Shown piece after piece: positions 55,648-58,103 of a stretch of DNA of 58,103 nt; position 1 is the stretch's first letter; each line of letters opens with the position of its first letter. Made by a program: the position numbers and the translations under genes. This DNA comes from Longimicrobiales bacterium (GTDB lineage: Bacteria; Gemmatimonadota; Gemmatimonadetes; Longimicrobiales; RSA9). The notes under the pieces are model-generated. The model saw nothing but the letters and a program-made list of their open reading frames with translations. It ran no database searches and was not told the origin of the DNA. The DNA lies in contig DATCLG010000105.1 of NCBI GenBank assembly GCA_036564015.1, positions 1 to 58,103 on the forward strand, written 5' to 3'.

Positions 55648-56514
55648 CTAATCTCCGGAGAGGAAGGGAATCAGCGCGCTCAGCAACGCCTCAGGTGCCT
55701 CCCAGTTGGGCGAGTGTCCGGCCTCCGGGAGGAGATAGAGCGCGGACCGGGGGATGAGCTCCGCCGCTCGCCGGGCGTGGGCGGGAGGCAGGAACCGGTC
55801 CCGGGCTCCCCAGACGACGAGGGTCGGAGAGGCGAGACGCTGGAGCTCGGCTGCGCTCAGGACCTCGCGTTGCCCCAAGGGGTCCGCGAAGAGGCGAATC
55901 GCCCGCGCCAGTTCCTGCACGTCACCCGCGGAGGCCGACTGCCACAGGTACTCCGTCAGCGCCTCTTCGTGCGCGCCCTGCAACGCTCGACGGTCGGCGG
56001 TGAGCCACGCCCGAAAGAGCCAGGCCGTGCCCCGCCGGCTCGGCCGCAGCGCCCAGCGCCCTATCCCCGGCAACGCCGCCACGCGCACCGGCAGCGCCAC
56101 ATCGCGGCCGAGGCCCACGGAGTCCAGCAGCACGAGCCGACGGACGCGGCTGGGCGCGAGCTGCGCCAGCCTGAGCGCGACCAGCCCGCCGAACGACGTC
56201 CCTACCACGTCGCACCCCTCCACTCCCACCGCGGCGAGCCACTCGCGCACCACCTCCGCCGCGAAAACGCCCAGCGGCGCCACGACCCGGCGCGCCTCGG
56301 AAAACCCGAAACCCGGCAGGTCAGGCGCCAGCACGCGGAAGCGCGCGGAAAGCGGCCCCATGATCCGGTACCAGTTCGCCGCTCCACCACCCGCACCCTG
56401 GATCAGGACGACCGGCCAACCCTTCCCCGCCTCCAGATAATGCAGGCGCGCACCGCCCACCTCCACGAACCGGCTCTCCACCCGGACGCCCCCGAGCTCC
56501 AGGAGCCGCGCCAT
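55648..56514 (-). CDS. Alpha/beta-fold hydrolase
   Basis: 288 aa from the ATG at 56514. It has HYLEAGKGWPVVLIQGAGGG, the nucleophile elbow VGTSFGG (G-x-S-x-G) and a C-terminal GHSPNWE (His). Confidence 0.8.
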   Translation of the reverse strand: MARLLELGGVRVESRFVEVGGARLHYLEAGKGWPVVLIQGAGGGAANWYRIMGPLSARFRVLAPDLPGFGFSEARRVVAPLGVFAAEVVREWLAAVGVEGCDVVGTSFGGLVALRLAQLAPSRVRRLVLLDSVGLGRDVALPVRVAALPGIGRWALRPSRRGTAWLFRAWLTADRRALQGAHEEALTEYLWQSASAGDVQELARAIRLFADPLGQREVLSAAELQRLASPTLVVWGARDRFLPPAHARRAAELIPRSALYLLPEAGHSPNWEAPEALLSALIPFLSGD

Positions 56515-56621
56515 CGCCCGCCCGAGCGGCCCGGCCACCCCCTCCACCGACGATGAACGGCCGTAGCGCCGCCCTCGCCCACCGCGGCCGCCACGGCCAT
56601 CCCAGCCCCTCGTCCCGGCTT

Positions 56622-56822
56622 TCAACGCCCGACGGGTACCTCGGCTACCTGTACGGAGAAACGCACGGAGTCCGGAGAACGCAGCCAGACCTCGAGGCGC
56701 GTGTCGCAATGGCTGCACGCGATCACCCCCACCCTCTCCCCCGGGCTCAGCTCCGCGCTGTCACGGTGGCCGCACACGGGGCAGCGGTATGTCCCGTAAT
56801 GCCCTTCCTCCCGCATGGCCAT
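56622..56822 (-). CDS. Small zinc-ribbon protein (hypothetical)
   Basis: 66 aa with an ATG start and two Cys pairs (CPVCG ... CSHC). It is co-oriented with and 108 nt upstream of the hydrolase. I recognise no family. Confidence 0.45.
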   Translation of the reverse strand: MAMREEGHYGTYRCPVCGHRDSAELSPGERVGVIACSHCDTRLEVWLRSPDSVRFSVQVAEVPVGR

Positions 56823-56933
56823 CCTGCTCCTCCAGCGCCAGGGTCGAATACACGAAACGCGCGAACGCGCCAGATCCGTGCCAGTTTTCCCCCGCCACCA
56901 GCGCCTGGAGCGCTCCGCCCGGCCTCGACCTCA

Positions 56934-56962
56934 CATCTAGCGCACCGCTCCGGGCCCGTCAA
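56934..56962 (-). promoter_or_regulatory. Weak sigma-70-like promoter candidate TTGACG-17-TAGATG upstream of the zinc-ribbon ORF
   Basis: Minus strand reads TTGACG (56962..56957), a 17-nt spacer, then TAGATG (56939..56934). The -10 box lacks the final T. Confidence 0.25.
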
Positions 56963-57100
56963 TCCCCGCGCTACCGCGATCCAGCCGCACCGCGCGGCCA
57001 CGTTCCTGCCCTCCAAAGGGCCGGCCCCGAACTGGTGCCATCGATCGCCAGGACTCTGGCAACGGCGACGCGACGGCTGGCCTCGGACCCGACAAGAACT

Positions 57101-57140
57101 ACGGAGGCCGCGAGGGGACGGTTTCCCCCGCGGCCTCCGT
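57101..57140 (-). terminator. Strong intrinsic terminator hairpin after gap
   Basis: ACGGAGGCCGCG...CGCGGCCTCCGT forms a 12-bp outer stem, and GGGGA/TCCCC forms an inner stem. It lies 69 nt after the gap stop and is followed on the minus strand by AGTTCTTGT. Confidence 0.7.
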
Positions 57141-57208
57141 GCCTCCGTGGCCGGCCGATCTGCGGCCGGCTCGGCCCGGCCACAGCGCCGCACGCGCGAT
57201 TCGGCGCC

Positions 57209-58103
<895 letters not shown>

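Overview
This is a 58.1-kb, very GC-rich (roughly 70% by eye) bacterial chromosomal segment. It holds about 60 protein genes, and all but three (dcd, a P-type ATPase, rnhA) are on the minus strand. The futalosine genes, UPF0182 protein and composition loosely suggest Gemmatimonadota or a similar high-GC phylum, but that is speculative.

The content is almost entirely core housekeeping:
- xerD, dedA, ispF, a purE-like gene, mqnC and mqnE
- the yceD-rpmF-plsX-fabH-fabD-fabG-acpP-fabF lipid cluster
- ndk and an EIIA(Ntr)-CBS fusion protein
- sucCD, carbamate kinase, a UPF0182 membrane protein and phosphomannomutase
- a complete 14-gene nuoA-N operon
- dcd, a small membrane protein and a P-type ATPase
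- mdh-sdhCDAB
- an ECF sigma / anti-sigma / LTXXQ periplasmic protein module
- HU/IHF, sppA, carA and rnhA
- lipB plus an orphan 2-oxoacid dehydrogenase E2
- gap (5' truncated at the window edge), pgk, tpiA and secG, with a zinc-ribbon ORF and an alpha/beta hydrolase between gap and pgk

I found no rRNA, tRNA, CRISPR array, transposase, phage gene or recognisable defence gene. Many junctions are 1-13 nt stop/start overlaps, which indicates long translationally coupled operons. Several strong intrinsic terminators and sigma-70-like promoters (TTGACx-17/18-TAxxxT) can be read directly.

All family calls rest on motif recognition in the supplied translations; no database search was run. The track reports the longest ORFs using ATG/GTG/TTG starts, so I trimmed many N-termini that would overlap the upstream gene.

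I did not find a convincing novel multi-gene system. The most unusual items are:
- an RNase HI homolog with two of the four DEDD catalytic positions substituted
- a short, divergent PurE-like gene translationally coupled to mqnC/mqnE
- about 0.97 kb with no assignable gene upstream of the orphan E2
- a beta-propeller lipoprotein gene interrupted by an in-frame TAG
- a G-quadruplex motif between a divergent small membrane protein gene and the P-type ATPase
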